Source of the DNA: Thermoanaerobaculia bacterium
GTDB taxonomy: Bacteria > Acidobacteriota > Thermoanaerobaculia > UBA5066
NCBI GenBank assembly: GCA_963719225.1
Contig: CAVRAY010000001.1
Span: forward strand, 288,001-352,000
DNA: 64,000 nucleotides
Direction of reading: 5' to 3'
A model generated the notes under the pieces. The model saw only the letters and a list, made by a program, of their open reading frames with translations, was not told where the DNA came from and ran no database searches. Shown here one piece after another: positions 50,428 through 60,118 of the stretch (position 1 is the stretch's first letter; each line of letters starts with the position of its first letter). A program made the position numbers and the translations under genes.

Positions 50428-50433
50428 GAGCCC

Positions 50434-52032
50434 TCAGCGCGACGCGAGCTCGGGCTCGAAGAGGCGGTCGCGGTCGGCGATCGCCGCGAAAGCCACGTCG
50501 TCCACGTACCCCGATTCCGCCATGCGTGCGAGCCGCCAGAAATCCTCCACGTGCCCGCGGATGCGCGCCTCGGCGTAGTCGCGGGAGACTTCGTTGTCGA
50601 TCAGGAACGGCCAGTCGGACGACTGGAGGAGCAGGGCCTGCCGCTCGAGGGCCGCGAACAGCGGAAGTGGGATGTTCTCGCGCCGGTCCTCGAATGCCTC
50701 CAGGGCGCGCTCGGCCGCGTCCACTTCGCGCCAGTACGAGATGGTGTGGTCGTTCCACCACACCTGAAAGTCGCCGCCGCGTCCCCAGGTGCCCGGGGGC
50801 AGCCGAAGGACGACGGGAGGGGGCGCGGCCGCGAGCGCTTCGGAAGCGGTGCGCGGCACGACCCGGTCGTTTCCCGCGAGCCGGGAGAAGACCGCCTCGA
50901 GGAAGTCCACGCCTTCGAACCACCAGTGGCCGAACAGCTCGAAGTCGAACATCGCGACGACGACCGGCGCATCGCCGCCGGGAACAGCGGGTGCGCTCTC
51001 GAGCAGCTTGACGAAGTGGTCGGCGTGCGACGCCAGGGCGCCCGCGACGGCGGCGCGCTCGTAAGGAAGCTTGTCGCCGAGGTCGAGGCTCGAATCCGTG
51101 ACACGCCAGTAGCGGTGGCCGCTCGGAGCGCGCTTCTTGTGGAACTCGAGATAGCGCCCGTCGCCGGGATAGCCGACCTTGCCGGACCAGACCTGCTGCG
51201 AGGAGAGCGGATCCCGTGCGAAGACGCCGACGCGCTCGCCGTGCGCGGCGCGAACCGCGTGGATGCGGTAGGGCGTTGCGCCGCTTTCCGGCAGATCGAC
51301 CTGCCCGCCGTAGGCGGGGACGACCTTGCCGCCCGTGACGAGATGCGTCTCCACGAAGAAGTACTTCAGGCCGCGCACGGCGAGGAACTCCTCGAGGCCC
51401 GAGCGCTCTTCCACGTGTCCGTCCGCGGGAGACGTCCACGGGCCGCCCGGCCGGTACGCGCACTCGGGGAGCCAGATGCCGCGCGCGTCGCGCCGGAAGT
51501 GCCGCCGGTGCGCCGCGAGCCCGGCATCGAGCTGGCGGTCGATGGCGCGATCGTTCGGGAGGAGCGGCAGGAACCCGTGGGTCGCGGCCGAAGCGATCAT
51601 CTCCAGCGCGCCGCGCTCGGCGAGGCGTCGGAAAGACGGCGTGAGGCCGCCCGGGCGTCCGGCGAAGTCCGTGCGCAGGCCTTCGTAGAAAGCCGACCAG
51701 AAACCGGCAACGGCCGCGGCCGAAGAGTCGCCGCCCGCCGAGAGGCGCGCCTCGTCTTCCCGGGCCGCACGCGCGCGCTGCGCGAGATAGCCCTCGAAAC
51801 CGTGCGTGAAGCGCTCGTCCGCGAGCTGTTCGGAGAGCACGGGCGTCATCCCGACCGTCGCCTTCACGGGAATTCCCGCCGCGAGCAGCCGCTCGACGGC
51901 CATGAGGAATGGCTGGTACGTCTCGGCAGCGGCCTCGTAGAGCCAGTTCGCGCCGTGGGGCCACGTCCCGTGTCCGAGAACGTCCGGAATGTGGCCGTGC
52001 AGCACGAGAACGAGCGTGACGGGAGGGCGCAT
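50434..52032 (-). CDS. GH57 1,4-alpha-glucan branching enzyme (DUF1957)
   Basis: LHGHIP, WLYEA..ETY, GIWLPECAY, D.ELFGHWWFEG, QSSDWPF. Confidence 0.92.
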   Translation of the reverse strand: MRPPVTLVLVLHGHIPDVLGHGTWPHGANWLYEAAAETYQPFLMAVERLLAAGIPVKATVGMTPVLSEQLADERFTHGFEGYLAQRARAAREDEARLSAGGDSSAAAVAGFWSAFYEGLRTDFAGRPGGLTPSFRRLAERGALEMIASAATHGFLPLLPNDRAIDRQLDAGLAAHRRHFRRDARGIWLPECAYRPGGPWTSPADGHVEERSGLEEFLAVRGLKYFFVETHLVTGGKVVPAYGGQVDLPESGATPYRIHAVRAAHGERVGVFARDPLSSQQVWSGKVGYPGDGRYLEFHKKRAPSGHRYWRVTDSSLDLGDKLPYERAAVAGALASHADHFVKLLESAPAVPGGDAPVVVAMFDFELFGHWWFEGVDFLEAVFSRLAGNDRVVPRTASEALAAAPPPVVLRLPPGTWGRGGDFQVWWNDHTISYWREVDAAERALEAFEDRRENIPLPLFAALERQALLLQSSDWPFLIDNEVSRDYAEARIRGHVEDFWRLARMAESGYVDDVAFAAIADRDRLFEPELASR

Positions 52033-52046
52033 GGAGGGCGGCGATT

Positions 52047-54197
52047 CTACGCCGGGGTCTGCCGCGCTCTTCTGAGGCTCGCGGGGGACGACGCGGGGCC
52101 GGGCGGGCGGAAGCGGACCCAACCGTCTTCCGGAATCGTCTCCTGCGTGCGTCCGTCGGCGTCGAGGAGCGCGATCCGGAAGGAGAGCGCGGCGCGCGCG
52201 CCGGGAGCCGACGGAACGCGTACTTCGAGCACGCGATCCAATCCCACACGGAGGCTGCCGTCCCCGGTGACGCCGGGCGAGAGCGACAGGTCCGTCTTCA
52301 GGGGAGCGTCGCCGTCGCCGGAAGGTTGGACCTCGATGCGCAGGATCCGCCCGTAAAACGTGGATGCGTCTCTTTCGGGGTCGAGCCTGAGAAAGAGAGT
52401 GTCTCCCGACGCCGAAGCTCCAAAGAGGACCTGCTTCACGAGGCCCGCGCTGCGATGCATCGTGCCGCGGCTTCCTCCGCGGATGCAGCCCGCGCCCGCC
52501 CAGTCCGCTTCGCCGGCGAGGCCGTCGATCGCGGGCCAGAGCGCGCTTCCGGGCGGCATGACCTCGGGGCCGTGCATCGGATCGACGGGCTCGAGGAGCT
52601 CGGGCGGCACGGGACGCGCGGCCGCGCGGTAGGCGGCCGTGAGGTGCCGGCGAAAGAGCGCATCGAAAACGGCATCGTGCGCGGAAGAATGGTCGTCGCC
52701 GAGCCACCAGAACCAGTCGGACGCCTCGGCGGCGAAGAGCGCGGCCTTGGCCGCGGCCGGCGTCGAATCGCCGTTGAGGACCTCGGCGGGGGAGACCACG
52801 GGCGCGGCCGCGATCTCACCCCCGAGAGCTTCGCGCGCATCATGAAGGAGGCTCCAGGCCTTGTTCTTCGGAGGCGCTCCGATCCACGTCGCGAGGTTCC
52901 CGTCGACCCAGGAGCCCGCGACGACGCGCTCGAGGCTCGCGGGCGGGGCCGCGAGGCGTTCGAGGGCTTCCGACGGAGTCACGACCTCGAAGTCCTGCCT
53001 GGCGGCGAGAGCCGCCGCCAGGGCCCGGAGGAACGGCGCGCCGTTGTCGGGATACGACTCCCAGGCGTTCTCGCCGTCGAGGATCACGGGCACGACGAGC
53101 TCGGCCTCGGGCGCGGCCGCGCGGATCGAAAGGAGCCGCGCGACGAAGTCGGCGGCAGCGTCGGAGGGATCCCACGTGGCGTACGAGAAGCCGATCCGGT
53201 CCGAGAGGATCCGGTCGCGGAAGAAGATCGCGGGCGACGGTACGCCCGCGAGGCGCCAGGGGCGGAACACCGTGCGCGCGCGGTCGCCCTCGCCGAAGTC
53301 GCGCTTGCCCGCCGACAGCGATTGCAGGAGGACGGCCTCGTCCGACGCCGTCCAGGCGACGCCGGCCTCTCCGAGGAGCGCGAGCGTCCCTTCCGAGAGC
53401 GCCCCCTCGGGCGGCCACATGCCGCGCGGGCGGAAGCCGAAGTGCTTTTCGAACGTTCCGAGGCCGAGCGCGAGCTGCGACCGCGCGTCGTCGGCGTGCG
53501 AGAAGCGGGGAACCGGAACCGGCAGGTCGGGACGCGCGTCCTTACCCGCGCTCGAGTCCAGGAGGAGGGGCAGGATCGGATGGTGGTACGGGCTCGTCGC
53601 GGCCTCGACGAGCCCCGAGTCGAAGGCGCTCTTCCAGGCGGGAATGACGCGGGAGAGGAAGGCCGCCTGATGATCCAGGAGAGCGTTCTTCTCCGTCTCG
53701 GTGAAGCCGTGCCCGCGCTTGCGCAGGTGGACCACGAGCGCGTCCTTCTGGAGAGCCGGCCCCGACCACGCGAGATGGAAGAGCACGACGAGGTCCGTGA
53801 GGTCGGAAGGCGAGAGGTCCTCTCCTTCGTCGGCGCGCCGCTGGAGCTCCGCGAGGCGCGGGAACCGCTCGAGAATGCGCGGATGCACCGCGAAGAAATT
53901 CTGGCGCGCGAACCGGACGGCGGCCGAATCCCATTCCGCCGCGGGCACGCGCGCGACGTCGAGAAAGGCGTCCGAGCCGCCGCGCGCGAGAAGATCGATC
54001 TGGTCGAGAAGCGCGGGCACGAGGTTCGCGGTGTGATGGATGCGCGGCTCCTCCGAGAGGAGCGCGGGCAGGTCGAAGTAGTCCTTCAGGGCATGGAGGC
54101 GCACCCATGGGAGCGCGGGCGGCACGCCGTCGAACGTCGGATACCACGGCTGGTGGAAATGCCAGAGAAAGACGACGCGGAGAGGCGGGACGGTCAC
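52047..54197 (-). CDS. GH57 glycoside hydrolase (amylopullulanase-like)
   Basis: WHFHQP, PWVRLHALKDY, HPILPLL, GMWPPEG, ILDGENAWE, AEASDWFWW. Confidence 0.92.
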   Translation of the reverse strand: MTVPPLRVVFLWHFHQPWYPTFDGVPPALPWVRLHALKDYFDLPALLSEEPRIHHTANLVPALLDQIDLLARGGSDAFLDVARVPAAEWDSAAVRFARQNFFAVHPRILERFPRLAELQRRADEGEDLSPSDLTDLVVLFHLAWSGPALQKDALVVHLRKRGHGFTETEKNALLDHQAAFLSRVIPAWKSAFDSGLVEAATSPYHHPILPLLLDSSAGKDARPDLPVPVPRFSHADDARSQLALGLGTFEKHFGFRPRGMWPPEGALSEGTLALLGEAGVAWTASDEAVLLQSLSAGKRDFGEGDRARTVFRPWRLAGVPSPAIFFRDRILSDRIGFSYATWDPSDAAADFVARLLSIRAAAPEAELVVPVILDGENAWESYPDNGAPFLRALAAALAARQDFEVVTPSEALERLAAPPASLERVVAGSWVDGNLATWIGAPPKNKAWSLLHDAREALGGEIAAAPVVSPAEVLNGDSTPAAAKAALFAAEASDWFWWLGDDHSSAHDAVFDALFRRHLTAAYRAAARPVPPELLEPVDPMHGPEVMPPGSALWPAIDGLAGEADWAGAGCIRGGSRGTMHRSAGLVKQVLFGASASGDTLFLRLDPERDASTFYGRILRIEVQPSGDGDAPLKTDLSLSPGVTGDGSLRVGLDRVLEVRVPSAPGARAALSFRIALLDADGRTQETIPEDGWVRFRPPGPASSPASLRRARQTPA

Positions 54198-54262
54198 GCC
54201 CCCTCCTTTTATCGTCCGGAGCGGACGGACACAAGTTGCCTCTGGCTGCTAGAATCCGCATC

Positions 54263-54394
54263 CCCCGGGCCCCCGGATGAGTTCGGGTCCCGCGCGACGG
54301 TCCCCTCCGAACCGTGTCAGGTCCGGAAGGAAGCAGCACTCAGGAGAAAGGCCCGGGCGCCGCGGATCGCCCGGACTCATCGGGGGGCTCGGGG
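54263..54394 (+). ncRNA. ffs: Signal recognition particle RNA (4.5S)
   Basis: GTCAGGTCCGGAAGGAAGCAGC domain IV core (54316-54337) within a long hairpin; extended -10 TGCTAGAAT upstream; T7 tract downstream. Confidence 0.93.
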
Positions 54395-54420
54395 CCCTTT
54401 TTTTCGAGTACAGTCGCGAC

Positions 54421-56339
54421 ATGGCCGAGCAGGCTTCCTACGTACCCCTCGCGCGCAAGTGGAGGCCGCGCACGTTCGCAGACGTGGTGGGACAGGACGA
54501 GATCGTCCGCGCCTTGACGAACGCGGTTTCCGCCGACCGGCTGGCGCATGCATACCTCTTTTCCGGCCCGCGCGGCGTCGGCAAGACGACGACGGCGCGC
54601 CTCCTCGCCGCCGCGATCAACTGCAGCTCCTCCGACGGCCCGACGGCGACTCCCTGCGGCACGTGCGCCTCCTGCGTGGAAGTGCTCGAGGGACGTTCTC
54701 TCGACACCCTCGAGATCGACGGCGCCACCCACGGCAAGGTGGACCAGGCGCGCGACCTCATCGAGGTCGTGGCCTACGCGCCGTCGCGCGACCGGCGCAA
54801 GGTCTTCATCATCGACGAGGTCCACGCGATCTCCTCGGCCGCGTTCCAGGCTCTCTTGAAGACGCTCGAGGAGCCGCCGTCGCACGCGGTCTTCATCCTG
54901 GCGACGACCGAACGGCACAAGATTCCCGCGACGATCCTGTCGCGCTGCCAGCGCTTCGACTTCCGGCGCCTCACGGACGACGAGGTGTGCGGCCGCCTCG
55001 CGGACATCGCCGTGCGCGAGGGCTTCGAGGTCGTCGACGCGGGTCTGGAGGCCGAGGGGAAGAAACCGGTCGTCGAGCGCGCGGCGCTGGCCGCGCTCGC
55101 CGCCGCGGCCACGGGCAGTCTCCGCGACGGTCTCTCCCTTTTCGACCAGGCGGCGGCGCGCTCCGGCGGCGGCGTGAGGGCGGAGGACGTCTCGGCGCTC
55201 CTCGGAGCGCCGGACCGGACGGCGCTCGTCAGCCTGCTCGGTGCCGTGCTCGCCGCGGACCGGATCGGCGTCTTCAAGGGTTGCGCCGAGCTCGAGGCCG
55301 CGGGCGCCGAGCCGCGCGCCACCCTTCATGACCTCACCGCGCTCGTGCGCGGCGCCGTGCGCCTCGCCGCCGATCCGGCGGCGGCGCCGCCGACGGGGCT
55401 CTCGGAGGAAGGCGCCGAGCGCGTGCGCGAGTTCGCGCGGCTCACGCCATATTCAACGCTCCTCCGTCTCCTCTCCCTCCTTTCCGAGTCCGACGGCACT
55501 CTGCGCCGCTCGGACGTCCCCGCCCTCGCGTTCGAGGTTCTTCTCCTGAAGCTCGCCGAGCTCCCGCGACTCGTGCCGATAGAGGAAATTCTTGCTGGGA
55601 AGATCCCCGTGCCACCCGCTCTGCCTGGCGCGACGAGTGGCGCGACCGCACCGGGCGGCGGCGCCGGGGGATTCTCTTTGAAAGGTGATTTGGCCGCGGA
55701 GCGCAATGCCAGCGGCGCGCGCACGAGCGGCGCCTCCGCCCCTGAAGCGGCCCCTTCCCCCTCTTCCCCTTCTAAGAAATCTTCAGACGCTGCGGCTGCT
55801 TCGGCGCAGCACGCAGCGGGCAGCCGTGCCGGTGTGCGGTCCGAAGCAGAAGATTCTTCTTCTTCCGACGTCCCCCGGTTCGTCGGGCTGACGCCGCTGG
55901 AGATCGTTCCCGATCCGGTGGCGACGCCGGATCCCGCGGGCGCGTTTCGCGCGGCCGTCGAGAAGAAGCATTCGCAGCTCGGTGCGGTCCTCGACGACGC
56001 CTCGATCCGCTTCGAAGGCAAGGACGTCCTCATCTCGCTCGACCCCCCGAGCGTCGTGACCGAAAAGCGACTGGCCGAGCCTGCGATGGCGAAGGTGCTC
56101 GAGGAGGCCGCCATCGCGGTCCTCGGGAGGGGGGCGAAGGTGACGGTCGAAAGCGTCTCCCCCCCGCGGGCGATCTCACGGCGGCCGCGGCCGTCGCCGA
56201 CCCCAAAACGCTCGAAAGGGACCACCTGAAGATGAAGGTGGCGACGGACGAGCGCGTGAAAAGGATGATGGATCTCTTCGGCGGCGAGATCGCCGACGTG
56301 AAGCGCGACGGCGGGCCCGACCGGGCGAAAGGCCGGTAG
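54421..56339 (+). CDS. dnaX: DNA polymerase III subunit gamma/tau; frame 0 stops at 56229 and the conserved tail lies in the -1 frame to 56339
   Basis: LARKWRP, GPRGVGKTT, zinc-binding Cys cluster, IIDEVH, SRC; tail DERVKRMMDLFGGEI follows a C7 run at 56159-56165. Confidence 0.93.
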
Positions 56340-56342
56340 AGA

Positions 56343-56951
56343 GTGGCCGGCCTCCCGGCGTTCGACCGGCTCGTGGCGGCGCTCGAGAGACTCCCGGGCA
56401 TCGGTCCGAAGAGCGCGCGCCGGCTCGCGTACCACCTCCTGGCCGCGCCCGAGCACGATGCGGGAACGCTGACGGCCGCGCTCGCCGAAGCGCGGTCGCG
56501 CACCCGCTCGTGCTCGGTCTGCCACGCGCTCACCGAAGCCGATCCGTGCGGGATCTGCTCGGATCCGTCGCGTGACCAGCGCCTCCTCGCCGTCGTGGAG
56601 GATGCGGCGGATGCCGACGTCCTCGAGAGGACGCACGAGTTCCGGGGCCGCTACCACGTGCTCGGAGGAGCGCTCGCGCCGCTGCGCGGAATCGGGCCGG
56701 ACGACCTCAACGTCGCCGATCTCCTCGCGCGCGTCGATTCTCCGGCGGCGGGCGAGGGCCTGGAAGAGGTCGTTCTGGCGACGAATCCGAACGTCGAGGG
56801 CGAGTCCACCGCGCTGTACCTGGCCCGCCGTCTCAAGCCGCTCGGCGTGAAGGTCACCCGCCTCGCCCTGGGCCTTCCGGTGGGCGCCGCGCTGGAGTTC
56901 GCGGATGAAGTGACCCTCGGGAGGTCCCTCGCGGGCCGCCGGGAGATCTGA
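56343..56951 (+). CDS. recR: Recombination mediator RecR
   Basis: LPGIGPKSA.RLA, C4 zinc finger, YHVLGG, EVVLATNPNVEGE. Confidence 0.96.
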   Translation: MAGLPAFDRLVAALERLPGIGPKSARRLAYHLLAAPEHDAGTLTAALAEARSRTRSCSVCHALTEADPCGICSDPSRDQRLLAVVEDAADADVLERTHEFRGRYHVLGGALAPLRGIGPDDLNVADLLARVDSPAAGEGLEEVVLATNPNVEGESTALYLARRLKPLGVKVTRLALGLPVGAALEFADEVTLGRSLAGRREI

Positions 56952-56977
56952 TCGGTTAGACTTGCGTTCAAAAGCGC

Positions 56978-57472
56978 ATGTCGGATTTCATTCTTTTTGA
57001 CGAAGAGTTTCACCAGATCAAGGACGTCATCGGACGCCTCAAGGCGGACGCCCAGGCGAAAGTCGTCTTCATCGTCGACAAGAACGGTCAACAAATCGCC
57101 GCCCAGGGGGACATGGAATCGCTCGACACGACGTCCCTCGCGTCGCTCACGGCCGGCAACGTGGCCGCCACGGACGGCCTCGCGCGGCTCATCGGCGAAA
57201 AGGAGTTTCCCGTCCTCTTCCACGAGGGCGAGCGGGACAACGTCTACATCTCGATCGTCGGCCAGAGGGTCATCCTCGTCGTCATCTTCGACGAGCGCTC
57301 GTCTCTCGGCCTCGTGCGGCTGCGCGTGCGCAAGGCGAACGGCGAGCTCGAGCGGGTCTTCGACACCATCCAGAGGAAGGTCGAGAGCGAAAAAACACGC
57401 CGCCAGGAGGGCTACGACTCGCCGTTCGCCGAGATCACCGACGAAGACATCGACAGCCTCTTCCGCGAGTAG
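56978..57472 (+). CDS. mglB: Roadblock/LC7 GAP MglB
   Basis: DKNGQ, SLASLTAGNVAATDGLA.LIGE.EF, SSLGLVRLRV, FAEITDEDID.LF. Confidence 0.93.
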   Translation: MSDFILFDEEFHQIKDVIGRLKADAQAKVVFIVDKNGQQIAAQGDMESLDTTSLASLTAGNVAATDGLARLIGEKEFPVLFHEGERDNVYISIVGQRVILVVIFDERSSLGLVRLRVRKANGELERVFDTIQRKVESEKTRRQEGYDSPFAEITDEDIDSLFRE

Positions 57473-57478
57473 CCGCGC

Positions 57479-58063
57479 ATGACCTTCATCAACTACGCCG
57501 CCCGGGAGATCAACTGCAAGATCGTGTACTACGGTCCCGGCCTCTGCGGGAAGACGACGAACCTGCAGTACATCTACGACCGGACGAACCCGGCCGCCAA
57601 GGGCAAGCTGATCTCGCTCGCGACCGAGACGGACCGGACGCTCTTCTTCGATTTCCTCCCGCTCGACCTCGGCACGGTGCGCGGCTTCAAGACGCGCTTC
57701 CACCTCTACACGGTGCCGGGGCAGGTCTTCTACGACGCGAGCCGCAAGCTCATCCTGAAAGGCGTGGACGGCGTCGTCTTCGTGGCCGACTCGCAGGAAG
57801 CGCGCATGGACGCGAACGTCGAATCGCTCATGAATCTCGAGAAGAACCTCGTCGACCACGGGTTCGACCTGCAGGCGATTCCGTACGTCCTGCAGCTCAA
57901 CAAGCGCGACCTGCCCACGGCCGTCTCCGCCGAGGAGCTCTACCGCCAGCTCAATTTCAAGGGCGAGCCCACCTTCGAGGCCACCGCCCCGACCGGCCAG
58001 GGCGTCTTCGACACGCTCAAGGCCGTGGCGAAACAGGTCCTGATGGAGCTCAGGAAGAAGTAG
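57479..58063 (+). CDS. mglA: Small Ras-like GTPase MglA
   Basis: [34 protein letters not shown]. Confidence 0.96.
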   Translation: MTFINYAAREINCKIVYYGPGLCGKTTNLQYIYDRTNPAAKGKLISLATETDRTLFFDFLPLDLGTVRGFKTRFHLYTVPGQVFYDASRKLILKGVDGVVFVADSQEARMDANVESLMNLEKNLVDHGFDLQAIPYVLQLNKRDLPTAVSAEELYRQLNFKGEPTFEATAPTGQGVFDTLKAVAKQVLMELRKK

Positions 58064-58118
58064 CGTCAGGGGGCCAGTGGTCGAGACCAAGAGATCCGGA
58101 CGCCGGAGGAAGGAAGTC

Positions 58119-58280
58119 ATGGCGGTCACCGCGGCCGCGGGCGTGGAAAAGGTCCGCGCCGCCGGTCGGGAAGATGGCCTGGCGGGACTTGCCGGAGGAT
58201 GGAGGGGTTCCGATGCCCTCGTCAAAGAGCTCACGTCTCTGAAGCGGTCGCGCCCGCGCCGCGGTCTTCGGCGGCACTGA
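58119..58280 (+). CDS. Small hypothetical protein, possible antitoxin remnant
   Basis: GGAGG RBS; GLAGLAGGW motif resembles antitoxin C-terminal tails. Confidence 0.35.
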   Translation: MAVTAAAGVEKVRAAGREDGLAGLAGGWRGSDALVKELTSLKRSRPRRGLRRH

Positions 58281-58295
58281 GTCCTGGTCCCGACA

Positions 58296-58526
58296 TCACC
58301 AGGAGCCGCGCTCGCGATCGATCCACTTCTGGATGTTCTTCCCCTTCCAGAACCCGGCCCCGAGCCCTTTGAGGTCGTCGACGGTGTACTTTGGTGCCGG
58401 ACGAATCATCGCTTCGACGAGGAGCATCGTGACTTCACCGCTCAGCGAACGGTGATTCCTCTTCGCCCGTATCTTGAGTTTTCGGTAAAGGCTGTCAGGG
58501 AAGTTCTTGACGTTGAGGGTGGCCAT
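58296..58526 (-). CDS. FitA/Arc-like ribbon-helix-helix antitoxin
   Basis: MATLNVKNFPD.LY..LK.RA..NHRSL..EV; L.GLG..W..ID.ER.SW tail; GGAGG RBS. Confidence 0.8.
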   Translation of the reverse strand: MATLNVKNFPDSLYRKLKIRAKRNHRSLSGEVTMLLVEAMIRPAPKYTVDDLKGLGAGFWKGKNIQKWIDRERGSW

Positions 58527-58577
58527 GGGCATTCCTCCAGAACGCCTCCATTTTGCCTCCACCAGTGACGCAGCCCC

Positions 58578-59705
58578 CTACGTCCCCTTCTTGTACAGGT
58601 ACGCCGACTCCAGGGTCCTCACGCCGTCGTTGTCGCCGACGACGTGCTTGCTGCCGCTCCAGATCGAGGCGCCGGCCGTGCGGCCTTTCGCGTCGACCGC
58701 GTAGAAGCTGACGTTGAAAATCGGGCGGCCCTTCGCGTCGCGGTGGCGGGGGACCTTGTGGGTCTTCTCGTCGATGCGTTTCAGGGCGGCGAGGCAGGCC
58801 TCCTCCGGGCCCTTTCCCTGCCGCATGAACTCGACGACGGTGTGCGAGCCGCAGGTGACGAGATTCGCCTCGCCGCGCCCGGTCGACCCGCAGCTTCCGA
58901 CGCCGCCCTCCGAGTAGATGCCCGCGCCGACGACCGGTGAATCGCCGAGGCGCCCGGGGATCTTGAAGAAGAGTCCCGACGTCGTCGTGACGCCCACGAG
59001 CTCGCCCTTTGCGCTCCTCACGGACATGTGGATCGTGCCCTGCGGCCGGAAGATCTCGTTGCCGTACTTCTCTAGGAACCACTTCACGTCCGGGTCCTGG
59101 GCCTCCTTCGCGGAGAGCTCCCAGTCGTCGATGTCGGACATGCGCTCTTTCCAGTACAGCCAGATCTTCTTCGTCCTCGTCGTCAGGAGGTCCTCGACGG
59201 GGAAGCCGTGCGCGGTCGCGAACTTGCGCGCACCTTCGCCCACGAGAAACACGCGGTCGGTGCGCTCCATGACGAGGCGCGCCACCTTCGATGGGGTCTT
59301 GCAGCCTTCGAGCGCGCCGACGGCGCCCGCCTTCATCGTGCGCCCGTCCATGACGCACGCGTCGAGCTGCACGACGCCTTCCTCGTTCGGAATGCCGCCG
59401 TACCCGACGCTGACGTCGTTCGGGTCCAGCTCGTTCACGTTCACTCCGGCGATCGCGGCGTCGAGAGGGTCGTAGCCCTGGATGAGCGCCTGCCGCGCCA
59501 CCTTCGTGGCCTCGACGCCGTTCGAAGACGTCACGAGGACGTAGGAGGAAGAATTTGCTTCCCCGGCAGACGGGGGGGGCCCGGCCGGGCCTGCGGCCGG
59601 AGGGGTCTGGCCCGCGAGCTTTTCTTCGAACGGGGAAGAGGGGAGAACGCTGGCAACGGAAACCGCGGCTGCCGTTCTCAGGAAACGGCGTCGAGAACTG
59701 GTCAT
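58578..59705 (-). CDS. N4-(beta-N-acetylglucosaminyl)-L-asparaginase (Ntn hydrolase), Tat-exported
   Basis: SRRRFL Tat motif; SVGYGG.P, QGTI cleavage site, TTSG..KIPGRLGDSP, STGRGE. Confidence 0.92.
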   Translation of the reverse strand: MTSSRRRFLRTAAAVSVASVLPSSPFEEKLAGQTPPAAGPAGPPPSAGEANSSSYVLVTSSNGVEATKVARQALIQGYDPLDAAIAGVNVNELDPNDVSVGYGGIPNEEGVVQLDACVMDGRTMKAGAVGALEGCKTPSKVARLVMERTDRVFLVGEGARKFATAHGFPVEDLLTTRTKKIWLYWKERMSDIDDWELSAKEAQDPDVKWFLEKYGNEIFRPQGTIHMSVRSAKGELVGVTTTSGLFFKIPGRLGDSPVVGAGIYSEGGVGSCGSTGRGEANLVTCGSHTVVEFMRQGKGPEEACLAALKRIDEKTHKVPRHRDAKGRPIFNVSFYAVDAKGRTAGASIWSGSKHVVGDNDGVRTLESAYLYKKGT

Positions 59706-59707
59706 CT

Positions 59708-60118
59708 CTACTCCTCCGGCAGCTCGGTCTCTTCCTCTTCCGCGCGCACGCCGCCGGGAAGCGCGTACTTCATGACGATGTCGCCGAGGTGCTGCGAAAA
59801 GGCCGAGCGGGGCAGAACCTGGTCGCAGCCGGCCTTTTCGCCCTTCTCGAGGAGGTCCTTCCTCACGTGCTCGTAGTAGCCCACGACGGCGATGCCTTTG
59901 GTCTTCGGGTTTTTCTTCAGGGCCACGATCGCGGCGAAAGGATCGTCGCGGAGCGCGAGGTCGACGATCACGAGACCCACGCGCCCGGATTCCGCCTTGG
60001 CCGCGAGCTGTGCGGATTTCTCGATGAAGATCCCGGTCGCCTGCGCGGATTTCAGCGTGTGATCGATCTTGGTTTTCCAGAACAGATCGTCCGCCAGGAC
60101 GAGGACGGTGGGGTTCAT
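59708..60118 (-). CDS. Atypical single-domain CheY-like receiver protein
   Basis: VLVLADD, VIVDL, AGCD.V.PRS (Arg at the conserved Lys position). Confidence 0.75.
   Translation of the reverse strand: MNPTVLVLADDLFWKTKIDHTLKSAQATGIFIEKSAQLAAKAESGRVGLVIVDLALRDDPFAAIVALKKNPKTKGIAVVGYYEHVRKDLLEKGEKAGCDQVLPRSAFSQHLGDIVMKYALPGGVRAEEEETELPEE

Noticed and set aside
56955-56961. GTTAGAC upstream of mglB as an integron core site
   Set aside because: No matching R'' box or hairpin; it overlaps a likely -10 (TAGACT).
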